A stretch of 53,077 bases of DNA, counting the filler, from Basidiobolus ranarum (lineage: Eukaryota), in assembly GCA_040143965.1 (NCBI GenBank). It is 3 parts of 3 records of this genome, joined end to end, with 100 filler letters (N's around TTAATTAATTAA, not from the genome) between each part and the next. Parts side by side here need not be neighbours in the genome. Positions count along the whole stretch, not along the records: positions 17,746 to 35,367 come from JASJQH010000298.1; positions 35,468 to 53,077 come from JASJQH010000299.1; 1 more part is not named here. The stretch is one strand, 5' to 3'. The number at the start of each line of letters is the position of its first letter. Positions within the stretch are counted from its first letter, which is position 1. Below the pieces are notes generated by a model, which was given only the letters and a program-made list of their open reading frames with translations, made no database searches and was not told the DNA's origin. The position numbers were made by a program, and so were the translations under genes. Of this stretch, positions 24,310 to 37,505 are shown one piece after another.

Positions 24310-25099
24310 TATCGTCGGAGAAATTCAGTTATTAGACAAAGAGCTTGGATGTCCAAAGTTATTTGGTAAAGAGCAAGTACAGGGTAGTCTTTATATACCC
24401 ATTTCAATGCTTGCCAAGATATGTAGTTGAGTCATTTACAATACTGGATAGCATCGACTTCACATCAACTGAAATATCTTGCAATGCTCAACCCTAGGCG
24501 CATAAAAGCCAACTCTTAGTGCCAAGATGAATACAACTGACCCTTGGCTCCAATTTGATCAGATATTTGACGTATTATTGAATGTTATGACAACAAGCAA
24601 CGTCAATTGGAACCTACCCCAAGAAAATCGAAGCAGGATTGGTTAACTCATGAAACCACAATGATGAGATAGTTGGATTTCATTGGACTTCATTGGAATG
24701 ACTGTTAAGCAGCTTGTAGTGACTGTCAATTTGTAGGGTTAGGTGTGCTGACAATGGAAATACCCCTAGTCAGATGGAGCTAGGGCCAGGGCTAGGGCTT
24801 AATACCACGCAAACCCCTTTCTTACGAAACGCTCAGGGTTACTATTGAATTATAGGGCCTAATTTCCCTATCCCGTGACTAACAAGAAGAGCATTTGAGT
24901 ACTTTGTTTAACTTTCATAGTATTGTATAATTTATAACGACTTCGTTCCCAAACCAGAATAGCTATTTCCATTATCTTTGATGGCCAGTCACTTTGAGGT
25001 TTAAGCGTCACACTCTATCTCATTCATATATCCTCTTTATTTCGATACCTATTGAATACCCGTATAAACTTAGGATAGACACCAGTAATAGGTGTGGAG

Positions 25100-28000
25100 A
25101 TGAGCTACTCTCAGAAGAGCTATAAAGCATATTCAAGAAACCCTAAATCTAACGACGATATTTCTGACAATAAAAATCCTTCAAGCAGCGAACCACTTGC
25201 TCATAATTTTCAACTTAAGCAGACAAAAACCCCTCAGTCGAAATCCTTTTCAAACTCACTCGTTGCACTTTTTGGAAGGTCTCAGACAACTCTTGGAGAT
25301 AAGCCTTCATATGCAAATAAATCCACTGAAGTAGGTGATATCTCCTCAGAAGTAGAATCAATAAGCAACTTTCGTCCAGTAATAGAAGCCTCTAGATTAC
25401 CGGAGAGAGAAGCAATACCCCAACTAAATATTTATCACAGGAGTCAAGCAGAGTTGGAGGCAAAACGTCAAGAGGAACCTGTCAACCTTCAATATAATGG
25501 CAACAATACCATAGGAGTAGGTCTTGAAAAGGTCCAGCCACGTTCTTCCTCCCTCAAATTCAACAAAGATAAAATAAAAAAGCACACGAAAGGATCCCCT
25601 AGTATAGTCAATATAACGAAAGAGGGTTACTTGAATAAAAAGGCCGATCCGTATCAGGGCAGCGCTATGGGCTTGAGTAGAAGCTGGAAAGTATATCGCA
25701 TCATCCTTAAAGGATCCAAGCTGTATTTTTTCAAACCGCCCTCTGAAAGTGAAATAAAAAGTATATTTCCATCAACGTACATAGAGAAGAGGCCGTTAAC
25801 TATAGCAACATCATCCGTCATTCCACCCGTGCTAGCACCTTTTATTCGTCAAGCAGACATCAATGAACAAGGAATTCCATTGAATAATGAAGACTTTACT
25901 AATTCAGCTAGGATTATGATCTTTGAGCCCATCTCTAGATCAAACAACATTCATATGCCAATTTCGTCCCCAATGCTAACAGATGAGCCGCTTTCGAATC
26001 GGTATTGCTACGGAGAATGTTTCACTGAAGTAGACCCAGGCAATTTCCGTTTCAGACGGTTTGTGTGCTTGCTTATTTTCCAAGATACTTTAATGATTTG
26101 TAAAAGGAAATGGATTCGAAGCAATAGAACCAACCTTTTCGATGCAGTTGGGGATGCTATTCGCTTTGGGAGTTCCTCAGGGTCGTTCGACGAGAACTCA
26201 GGAAAAGGTTATTATACAAAATGGAAACACGATACAATGTTGCCTATTGAGAGAATAGATATCATAGAGGCATCATCTACTTCGTTTTCCTATTCAAAAA
26301 GTTCATCCAACAGATCAACCCTCTTCTCTTTATCAAATTCTTCAGCTTCCTCTTTATCTGGGTCCTCACTTGAACCGGCATCTGAAAATATTCAGGCCAT
26401 TCAAGTATTTGTTACTGGTCCCAACTCTGCTCAAAGGCTCTTCGTTGCCAAAACTAATGAGCAACGTATCGCCTGGTTGACCAAATTTAATGCCATCAAG
26501 AATTCGCATGATAAGAAGGCAGTTAAAAAAAGCAACGAGCTTCCGCGAGTGGCAGAGTCTAGACTTACTACAGTAGATACAGTAGACCATCTCAAGATAT
26601 TAAACGCTGAAAAAAGCGAGCCCACTGCCAGAAGAAGATTATATTGGGATACAACGCAGCATCCAGAATTGGTACTATCCAACGATGTCACCACAGGAGA
26701 TCCGTCATCTTATGTAATCAGAGGAGGGACAGTTGACTCGCTGATTCATGAGTTAGTATTTGGTAACGTTACTAACTTGCAACAAAAACGTAGCGGAGAA
26801 GTGGACATTTCTAAGGAGGATTTCATTGATGTATTTCTCTCCACTTATTGCCTATTCACTTCTCCTTCGTATGTGCTTCGCGAGATTCAAAGATGTATAG
26901 GAATGGTTATAATTGATGGCCAACTGAATGAACAGGGGAGAGAGATCCTTGAACGTTTAGTAGGAACTCTACAGGTTTGGTTACTAGGGTTCACTGAGGA
27001 TATGGACGATAAATCGATGAAAGAGATGGAGAGTTTAGTAAAAAACACCATTCGGAAACATAAGGTGCCTGGTCACGAAAAGCTGGTTGAAATCCTGCAG
27101 AATCTCAAAAAGATATCACCCAAGTTTCTTATTCCAACTGAGCAACCCATTGAAGAAGAAGATTGCTCTCTTCAACATCTTATCCTCGATATGGCTAGCC
27201 TTGGGCGTTCTGGTTTAACCCCAGCCTTATTTCTGAAGATTCCGGCTCATGATTTTGCGGAACAACTATATATATTCCATAATCGACATCGTACGAAGAT
27301 TACAGATCAGAATATGCTCCATATTCGGGACTTTTTGGCATTTAACGAATCTTCCAATATACCAATAGATTTGAAGAAATCGAACCCTTTCACTGCCACA
27401 TTATCAAACCCCCATTTTTTAACCAAGTTGATTCACGTTCACCTTGTGACAACCGCTCGATCTATGCACTCTACACGACGAAGTGCTATTTTACTCCATT
27501 GGATTCGTACCGGTATTGCATGTCAACAACTTGATGATATGACTTCTTGGGCCTCCATTGCTCTAGGAATCTGCAGCCCCGCTGTGGTAAGACTTCGAGA
27601 GACTTGGAAGGGTGTTCCTGACGAGCTTAAGGTTCATATTTCTTCTGAATGGATACCTCGCCTAGTGGACTATGGGCTTTACGATACCGAGATCTCCAAC
27701 TTAACAGGAGTTAATGACTCTGTTGACGGGACCACCACTCCAGTCATGATCAGAGGGCAGATACCCTATTTCGGGGGCATTAAGCAATCTATAGAGAGAA
27801 TTGAAAAATTACTGCCTGCGGTACTCCACTCAGAAACTGGTATGAAGAGGGTAAATCTGGACAAATATTACCAGATGTACTCTGTGTTTGTCAGAGCAAA
27901 AAGAGAATGGCATCATTTCTGTGAGCGTCCATTCCCGACTCATCCAAAAACAACATCGTTCGAACCACTGCAAAGATATTTTGATGGAATGCTATATGAT

Positions 28001-31000
28001 GATGACCCCACCATGGAGTTTGATGTTAACCATGTTTTTCAATGCTCCTTGGATTCTGAACCACCAATCAATAGTCGTTACTATGAAGAAATTTACAAGA
28101 GTCATACTAGCTGTAATCTAGGCTATCAACCCCTTCAATTTCCTATGACGGCTCCTTTCTCGCCTTCTTATCTTGAAATGATCGCTACATTCTTGGCAAT
28201 CCAGCCTGAGCCAAACTCGAACTCTAACGAAGAGTGGCTTTCTGGATCACCCGCTTCTTACAACAATCTTAAAGGACTAGATCATATCCTTAAAAATGGC
28301 CTTAAAAACGGCGATACAGCTGCGCCTTTATATATCGATGTTCATCAGGCTCGCAAGCGAACTCGGTCACTCACATCAATCATCACAACTCCCAAGCCAA
28401 TATCGCCTATTGAGAATAAATCTGGGTGGTGGAGATTTACACAGAAACTATATGACCAACAATATTGCTCAAATACCAACTGGATCCTGGATCTTCTAAA
28501 CAGGAACGAACTGCTACTATTTGCCAGCAACAAAGAGCTTGTCTTTAAGATAGCTAAGACGGATTTTCTTGAATTAGGTAATACACCTTCTATCCTTAGG
28601 GTCGATGTTAAAGGGGGAACTCTGGATAGAATAATTGATATTCTAGTCTTCGGTGTGCAACATTTTAGCGAGGAACTGGGCACCGAATCTGGGCACCCCT
28701 TCGCTATTGGAAAGTCCTACTATGTAGAAATTGATGAGGATGAGTATTTAGAAACATTCTTTCTGTCTTATCGAAGCTTCTGTATTCCTAGTGCATTAGT
28801 AGATCATTTGCGTAAACGGTACATGAAAGCCAAGAAAACCGCCAAAGGAAGTATTGAAAGGGACTATGCGAATCTGGGAAGTGTATCTCGTATTAAATTA
28901 AAGATTATAAGCATACTTGAGTATTGGCTGAAGAATCATTTTCATGACTTTCTGGACAGTTTAGAGTCTAGGAATAAGGTCTGTACTTTCTTGGATACCG
29001 TGATTAAATTGGAAGCTGCCAACCATTCTCAGGGTAACGATGATCTTGACGATCACCTTTCCGATGAATTAATCAACTTCGCCAATAGATTAAAGAAATT
29101 CATAGTCGCCACCTCTCTAAAGCCGTCCTTCCATTCTGTTCAACGAGAGAAAATATCCATCACCAAACTAAATCTGAGCTCAGATTCTGAGTGTTCCACT
29201 GTACCACCTGATCTTCGCTTCTCCCCATCCCCGATATCTTTAGATTCTCCTCATACAGCATTCCAAAATTTAGATGTCAAGCCTTCTCGTGAATTACTAA
29301 CAGTAATCAATCAGCATGTTTTCGATTTGTTTTCTCCGATTTCTCTTTATGATTGGGTTTATATTGTGAGTGATTTGGAACTTCAAACCATCGATCCTTT
29401 GGCTTGGTACCCAAGGAAGAAGCCTTCACCTGTAGCTGACGATGAAGTCATCATATCAGATATTTTTATCGCTATTGAGCATTGCAGGCACTCAGTCTCC
29501 TCAAGCAGCAATTCTCAAGCTAGGAATACGCTATTTTCAACCGCTCCTAGCTCGATTGTGTCTCTCTTTCGTATTCATGAAGCCATTAAAGTGTGGGTCA
29601 TATCTGAAATAGCTTCATTAACCATTGATTACAAGCTCAGAGTATCACGCATTGAAAAATTCGTAGAAATGATTATACTCTGTCGTAACGAAATGGCAGC
29701 ATTAGGACCCAACCGAATGAAGGCCTTTAGTCGGTTAACCGTCGGTTGCGATATAGGTGAAGATCAGAAATTGTACGTTCCTTCGTTTGTTGAAACTGCC
29801 ATCATTGCTGGATTAATTAGTCCTGAAAGTAGAGCATTTACCAAGGCATGGAACGATGTATCTCAAAATCTCAATGGTGGTCTCGATACACTCCAAGCTT
29901 TAATAAATGGGTGTGAACTTGACGTAGCTTCGGGCTCGCCCTGTGTACCACGGTTTCCAGCAATTGATATCGATGCCAACAGCGAACCACTTGGTCTCAT
30001 TCCATCTCTTGGTTGGATGATCGAGAGCGTTTTGGAGATTATCCACTATCTTCCAGATCTCCTGTTTGCTTCAGGACATCTAATTAATTTCGACAAGAGA
30101 CTTCACATATATCACCTAATTAGCTCATTCCATGAATGGACCATGCATGATCAAAGTGGTTTATCCCAGGGTATTGATATGAGTTTCCTCACCTCCCAAA
30201 GTGGGTATGCCACCAAACCAGACTTACGCCAAGTAAAGGAGTTTGCTCTCCGGGAGAACTCTTTAATGCGCTACAGTTCAAATAGTGGAACTACTGTCAG
30301 TAGCTGGTCTTCTGCACATCAGGCCATATCCGTCAAAAAGGTATTCCCAAAGTTGGTCTATGAAGAGCAAGAAAACTTCAAACGTGACCAGAAAGAGCGT
30401 GAACGTCTGGAACGTGAAGCTCGAGAAAATCAGCTCAATCTCCAGAGAAAGAAGAATGAAGAAGCTAAAGTACTGGGAAAGAGGGTCAAAGAACAACAGT
30501 TACGTCGTGCTAAAATTAAGGAATTAGAGATGATGACTAACTTAATGAAGACTGTCTTAACCACCGATTCTGTATGTGGAAATTCTAATGAGACTAGCAT
30601 TACTGATAGTATCCCTCCTCACATGACCACTTTGCCTGATCCCATAAGAACTAATAACGGAGACTCTCAAACCCTGCGTATTTCTTCACTACCTTCATTT
30701 TTATCCAAGGTACCGTCGGTCAAGCCTTCATTAGCAATTAATCTGATTAACTCCACGATCACAGTTGAGCATTCCTACGCTAAACGTGATCATGTCTTCA
30801 AGGTAGTATCTGAAGAGGGCTGTCAATATTTCTTGCAAGCTATCGACCGTCAGGACATGACAGAATGGGTTCAGGCAATTAATAATGCAGCTAAAGAGGC
30901 AGCTTCCCGCAGGATTACCATTCTTGTTGAAGATGCTCAAAAAGAGGTTATAGAACAAGAGAGATCATCCACAAACAACACGACATCCAGTGTTTTAGTG

Positions 31001-31966
31001 ACTGACTCGCGCTCTGGTAAGCACGACAGTTTTATTCTATATTTTTATTTAAATCTACTGACTTTATTATGAAGTATTTGGCATTGAGTTAGAGGAAATA
31101 ATGGAGAGCAATGGGAAATACACCATACCCATTCTGGTTGAAAAATGCTTGAGTGAGGTGGAATGTAGAGGTGATTTTCGGGGAATTTGCGACATACGAG
31201 AGATCTCATGTTAACCTTTCTCTTAGGTCTTTGTGAAGTGGGGATTTATCGACTTTCTGGAATGACATCTAGTATTGAACGGCTCCGTCAAGAGTTCAAT
31301 AAAGGTATGCTTGGCTCAGAACCCCATTAGATGTTAACCAGGAGCTTACTTCATTTGAAAATCTAGATTCAAACGCAGTAGATCTTTCAGACGAAGAATG
31401 GACTGATATCAACATCATTTCTGGATTACTCAAACAATGGCTTCGTGAGCTTCCATCACCTCTTCTTTCGTTCAAACTCTATGACGATTTCATCTCGGCA
31501 GTAGGTCAGTATGATTACAGCTAGATGAGTATCAAACCATTGATTAACGACAAAATTAACGACAATATGTTAAGCCATCCGTGACTATGATGAAAGATTG
31601 TTCGCTATCAAAGATTTGGTTCATGCTCTCCCTCCCCCTCACTACATGTTACTTAAGCGACTAGTTGAACATTTGGAAATGTAAGTAAAAAAATAGATCT
31701 CCTCATGTCGTCCCAACATCCTAACAAAAACCCTCAGGATCACTGACTATGAAGATGTCAATCATATGTATGCCTCCAATCTGGCTATTGTCTTTGGTCC
31801 CACAATTCTTCGTCCTCCACCTGGACCTGCATCTTTTGCTACATCCATGGCTAATCTGGGCCAACACCAGAGTATAGTTAGGAATCTAATATTGCAATAC
31901 CATTGGATTTTCGATGTCGAAGCGGATGTTGAAGCGGATGCAGAGGAGGGAAGTGAACTACCTTAA
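25100..31966 (+). CDS. Bem2-like multidomain RasGEF/PH/RhoGAP protein (~2,190 aa); exons 25100-31016, 31075-31170, 31227-31304, 31367-31504, 31575-31680, 31738-31966
   Basis: Two REM-like segments (IRGGTVDSLIHEL...FLSTYCLF; VKGGTLDRIIDIL...FFLSYRSF), two CDC25-like segments (IPYFGG...VNLDKY; IPSLG...INFDKR), a coiled coil and PH elements. Five GT-AG introns splice in frame to a RhoGAP: VFGIEL...IPILVEKC...RGLCEVGIYRLSG (Arg finger)...LKQWLRELPSPLL...NHMYASNLAIVFGPTILR. Confidence 0.92.
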
Positions 31967-32226
31967 CACCTATTTGATATCCAGTGATGCTTGACAGTCA
32001 CTCTATCCAGTCACTCCATCTTAACTATCGGATTATTTGAATCTATGGACTTTATTGATTTCGATTCACCTACCTAAATAATCGTTTACCTACTAATCGT
32101 TAATTCATTCCGTTTAAATACTCAACTCATAACTCTGTGTGGTAGCTATGTGGTAGCTATGTGATTCCCTGTTCTACTACTCTCCTACGCTCTACTTGAG
32201 TATAGATTTATCCCAATATGTGTGGT

Positions 32227-33069
32227 CTATGCAACGGAATTACCTGAAGAGAACGATTTGGATGTCTGAGCATCGACTTTTACGTATCTCTCCTGATTGT
32301 TGCTTGCCTGAATCAAGATGACCGAACCAAAGAAAGCAAATATATCTACCACCACGAATCCAAACAGTACGGTATAGATATTTCTCAGGTAATTGTCGGA
32401 GTAAATATAAATCATATCGACACAGCCAGGCCAACCATAGTTCTGGTATCTACAGGAGATAGAATCAGCAGGAAAATCTGTGTTATCGTAGTAACCACAA
32501 CAGCCATCCTAAGAAATAAAATATTTAATCTACACTGGAATACACTTGCTGACACAAGACCGCCATAACATGAAACATAGAGTACCGTTTCCTGAAATAG
32601 CCCTCTTAAAGCTGGATCCCAGGATCTCCATTTATCAGAAAAGCTATCGCGTATACTCAATGATCGGAACCATATCACCGCTCCCAACGCCAGCTCGGTT
32701 ACTAGCACCAAAACTACCAACCAACCATACAGTACCAGCGACTTTTTATTCCGAACTGGATATCGGAAACCGTGAAATCCGACGAACGATGAGAAGATTG
32801 CCGCCATTCCCATAGCTAATCCAGCTATTAAATGTAGGTTAGATTAGTCGTTCGCAAAATGTAGTACATTAATGGTTTACGAGTTCTCAGTGGACTCTCT
32901 CTGGCCTCCCAGTCTTACCAATCAATATATCTTCAGTAACCACCACGCGACGACGGGCATAGGGTGTTGCCCAAAAATACGCGCCAACACTGATAGCAAC
33001 TAACCCAGAGGCCATAAATACCAAGGTGAGAATGAAGAATGATATCTTGATACTAAAACTGATTTTCAT
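32227..33069 (-). CDS. Fungal tetraspanin, Pls1-like; exons 33069-32919, 32824-32586, 32508-32227
   Basis: Two GT-AG introns splice in frame to a protein with four hydrophobic segments. The large loop reads FQETDGCCGYYD...SC...GC (CCG motif) and the tail reads QERYVKVD. Confidence 0.88.
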
Positions 33070-33680
33070 CTTAGTCTAATCTAGTGGTATTCTAGTGGTA
33101 TTATTGAATGAACTCTAGAGGTATTGAAAACATAGAGAATATCATTCTTTTTGTAATGAAATTTTAGGAATAATGTAGCTAGTTCTATTTGATTGTGCGA
33201 CAAGGAGAATTAAACCAGAATCATTTGAATCCTCAACTGACTGTAAAGAACCATAAAAGTTCCTTATTTTTCTCTTGACAATAGTCGAGTGTTCTAAATC
33301 TATATCATGCATATATATGTATCATGGAGAAGGGAATTTAATAACGAGATGGAATAAGAACTCTATAAGCTGTGGTGATAACGAGCATCTGTAGTATTGT
33401 TGTTACATGTAGCAGAAAGAGTGGAGACTACCTTAGCATACATCCCACATCTACATAAATATATAGCAAAGGAGAGAGAGGGATTGAAAGTAAAAACAAA
33501 GCTCAAGTAAATATTAGAATATACGGCTTAGTGAGGAGCAAAAGGTGCCACAACTTATTTTACACAATAATCTGGCTTCTATAATAATAAGCGAAATGGA
33601 AGCAAATCGAAAAAAAAATGAAAACTAACAATGAAAAGAGGGGAAACTCAATAGTTGGTGGTCATACATAAACATCACCG

Positions 33681-35367
33681 CTAACTATGCAGTGGTGGTT
33701 GATTGCGCTCAGGGTCATTTAAGCGATGCACCCGAATATCTGGTCCTGGAGACACATTACTCATATCCTGTGGTGTAATCAAGATGTATTGCGTCTCATC
33801 AGCCTGACGTGCACTTTCAATCATCATTCGCATGCTGATTTTACGATTCACAGCATCCATGAACACATCAAATTCATCCAAGCTAGACAACACGTTAGTA
33901 AACAAAACCAATTCAAATTCATACAGTAGCAAAGACTTACCATCTAATGGGACATCCCATAGCCTCCCACAACGACAGAAGTAAACAGATGGTAGAAAAG
34001 CTCTTTTCACCACCAGACAATGACTTTGGATCCTTGTCTCGAGTAAGATTCTCTGCTTGATCGTCGACCTGGACTCGGGGATTCAGTTTCCGATTTTTGT
34101 GGTCGAATTCCAGCTTCCCGCTATACCCACGTTGAGCAAGATTCCAATGGAAATTGATTCTAGCCCGCTTGGCGATGTAACTTCGAAAATCATCCCAACG
34201 TTTAAGACGTAACCCTAAAGCGTACTTCAAATCGCGCACAAAGCGCTCCATATTGGCGATCTCGGTCTTGGCCTTACGATATGAGTCAACCTTGTTTTTC
34301 ATGTCACGAAGAACCTCCTCTATCGTACCCCCGAACCCTTTTTCCGACTCTTTTAACCGCAATTGGATCTGGTTGATTTCTCGGTCCAGTTGAGTAGCAG
34401 TCTTGGTAACCTCCACACGCTCAGGACAGTACTCTTGGGCTTGTGCAGTGGTTTCATCTACAATCTCCTGACGTCGAGTAACCTCATTTTGAAGCTCCAG
34501 AATCTTTCCTTGTTCATCCTCCAACTTGTTGGTCCAATACTGCTTGTTAGTCTCACATTGGATTCTTTCGTTGATCTGATCCTCTATCTTGGTTTTAATC
34601 TGCTCCATCTTGTCCAATGCTGATTCGATCTCTCGCTTGATGTTGTCCAGCTCCTCTCTGAGCAGCTTTTCTTGTTCTGCTATTTGAGTTTTTTGCAATT
34701 GTAGCTGCTCAAATTGATTTTTGATCAATTCGATTTGACGTTCCGTGTCCTGCTTGGCCTCCTCCAAAGCTACAATATTAGCAGGCTCTTCTTCTTGAAG
34801 TTGATCGTGCAACTGACGGATGGTACGACTCTTGAAAGTGATATCTTTCTGAAAGTTTCCGATTTTGTTGTTTAGCATCTGCTTTTTCCGATCTGCCTCC
34901 CGGATTTCAAAATCCACTTCTTTGAGGCGATCATTTTGCGTGCTAAGTGTCTCCATCTTCTCCTCGACGCTGTATTGATATTGACGGATCTTTTTGTCGA
35001 GGTCTTGAGTAAAGCGTGGTGGGCCTCTATACTGATTCATGGCCTGGGTAGCATAGCCTCCTCCTCTATGGCCGACTTTGAAGCCATCTATGGTGAAGCA
35101 CGAATTGACATTCCTAGGGAATCCACTTCCCATGATTTGATTGGCTTCGGTACGCTTCTCGACTAGAATGGTTTGTTCGATGTTAGCGTGAACAATCATT
35201 TGTCTCTTCACAAATTCATGGCTGAACTCTAGAACTCGTAGAGCTGTGAGGAATCGTTGATCGGGCTCTCCAGCAGAGTAGTCGAAATTGTCGTTTTTAC
35301 TAACAAAGAATTTGGGGGGGCACATGGACTTGTGTAGGATTCTTTGTTACAGCGTTCGATGCGGATG
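33681..35367 (-). CDS. SMC6: Structural maintenance of chromosomes protein 6, C-terminal part (5' end lost at gap); intron 33883-33940
   Basis: Long coiled coil, signature LSGGEKSFSTICLLLSLWEAMGCPIR, and after splicing Walker B/D-loop CLDEFDVFMDAVNR plus QYILITPQ, as in Smc6/Rad18. Confidence 0.93.
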
Positions 35368-35467
35368 NNNNNNNNNNNNNNNNNNNNNNNNNNNNNNNNN
35401 NNNNNNNNNNNTTAATTAATTAANNNNNNNNNNNNNNNNNNNNNNNNNNNNNNNNNNNNNNNNNNNN
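35368..35467. other. Assembly gap / artificial contig spacer
   Basis: 44 N + TTAATTAATTAA (35412-35423) + 44 N. Confidence 0.98.
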
Positions 35468-36459
35468 CTCCTAATTGTTGTTTAATATAATACAAAGCTC
35501 GTAAATTATAAGTATTTTGAGAAATTTTGAATGTTAAAGTTCACTTGTCATCAATACCTGACCCTGAAACTAATCGCGGCTCTATGTGTAACTGATGCTT
35601 TCACATAATTCATGCCTAACTTTGCTACAGTTCTTGCTTAATTTTGAGGCACGTCTTATCCAATTAGCCTCAATATAAGGCATTACCGATTGAACAAAAT
35701 GCAAACTCTTCGCTGGTGTCTATTTTTTGGACAAATCAGATGTTAGGAGCATTGGCGAATTCGAAAACTCCTTCCTCACATAGCGCCAACCATCATGATA
35801 TCTATAATGCTATCAATAAAGGTAAAACTACTGAGGTAACTTAAGAGGCCTCATTATTCCATTCTTGAGTTAGTCAAATCATTTGTATAGGCTTTAATTC
35901 ATGAAATAGTCCTCATCCACTTGAAGAGAAAGGTTCTGTATTCTATTTTGTGGAATCCAGAAAAATAAATATTCTCTCTCAAACACCTTCTCCCTATCAT
36001 TGTTAATAATTCATGTGCAAGCAGATAAATATGCACGAACAACAATATACCTTTGAAGTATAGCCCAACATAGATATATATGTATGAAAATAGGACTTAA
36101 TCTCCATAGTGTTTGCTTTCGCCAATTGATCATACTTCCGATTCCCTTTTTCGATTTGTATGCATAGGTAGATTAGTACGTTGCCTAACTAACTGTGGCA
36201 CACGTTAAACCAAGCTGGTTAGTTAATCTACCTTTACAGGATTGGAGTTCGTAGCAATCGATCAGAAGCAAGCATGAAGGTCGATCTGCAATAACGAAAT
36301 TAAGCCAGAATTGCTAGATACAAAGCACTAATTGCTTTTAGGTAATACATAGTTATGATATATAATTCGTTAATAGGACCAATGAGTACTGGATCTGTTT
36401 CAGTAGTGAAATATATTCTGGAGTGATATCCGAAATTCCATTTATATTTTCTATCCACA

Positions 36460-37505
36460 ATGGGCTTTTTCTCTACTAATCATTTTGACCTTGGCTCTAT
36501 GCCGGACCTCAGTGACAAGGCAAGCATGTCTTCAATCTGATGATTTCTTACGGTTCAAAAGAATTGACACACTTCTAATATCAGGTCGCTTTAGTTACGG
36601 GTGGTAACACCGGCTTAGGCTACGCAACATGTTTAGAGTTGGCCAGAAAGAATGCCCAGGTTTTTATGGCCTGTCGTAACGAAAAGAAGGCTTTAGAGGC
36701 TATTGAGTGTATCAAAATTGAAACCAAGAACCAGAGGGTAGAGTACTTATCTCTCGATTTGGCCGACAGCAAATCAGTGGTGAAAATGGTGAAGGCGTTC
36801 CTTGACAGGGATCTGCCTTTGAATATCTTGTAGGTATCATTTGAAAGTCTTCTACATTACTTATACTGATTTATATATTTTCTAAGAATCCTCAACGCTG
36901 GCTATATGGCAAATCCATTTATTGCTGATACATTTACTACAGCAGGGGTAGAAACCCACTTTGCTATCAACGTATGCGGTCATTTCCAACTGACCCGTTT
37001 GCTTACCAGTACACTTGTAGATTCAGCACCTGCACGTGTTGTTGTTCTAAGTAGTGTTGCCCATTATATGATTCTCCCTGGTGGTATTCAATATGATCGA
37101 ATCCATACTGGTCTGACACCTGGTACCGCATATGGTCAAAGCAAATTGGGTAATATTTTACTTTGTAAAGCCCTTGCTAAAAGACTGGAAGGAAAAAGAG
37201 TCTTCGTTAATGCTGTCCACCCAGGCACAGCCAATACAGACTTATTTCGAGATATGACAAGCATTCCTTTATTAGGAGGCCTTTTGTCCCATCTTTTCTA
37301 TTATACTACTACAACTGCTGCGGATGGTGCTTTGACTTCTCTGTATTGTGCGGCATCAGACGAAATCGAGGAAAATGGGTATAGTGGAGAGTATTTTGTA
37401 CCACATGGACAGCTGAGTACACCGTCCAAAATTGCCCAGGATCCCATCGAAGCTGAGAAGTTGTGGGATTTTGTTGAGAAATTAGTAGATAGACAAATTG
37501 CATGA
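36460..37505 (+). CDS. Short-chain dehydrogenase/reductase (retinol dehydrogenase/WWOX-like); exons 36460-36519, 36585-36829, 36887-37505
   Basis: Spliced protein has MPDLSDKVALVTGGNTGLG (Rossmann TGxxxGxG), MACRN, LNAG, ARVVVLSS, YGQSK (YxxxK), VHPG and GALTSLY. Intron 1 needs a GC donor. Confidence 0.92.

Noticed and set aside
35347..35349. In-frame TAA upstream of the SMC6 ORF suggesting a pseudogene
   Set aside because: It is within ~20 nt of the contig end and the rest of the gene is intact; an end-of-contig error is more likely.
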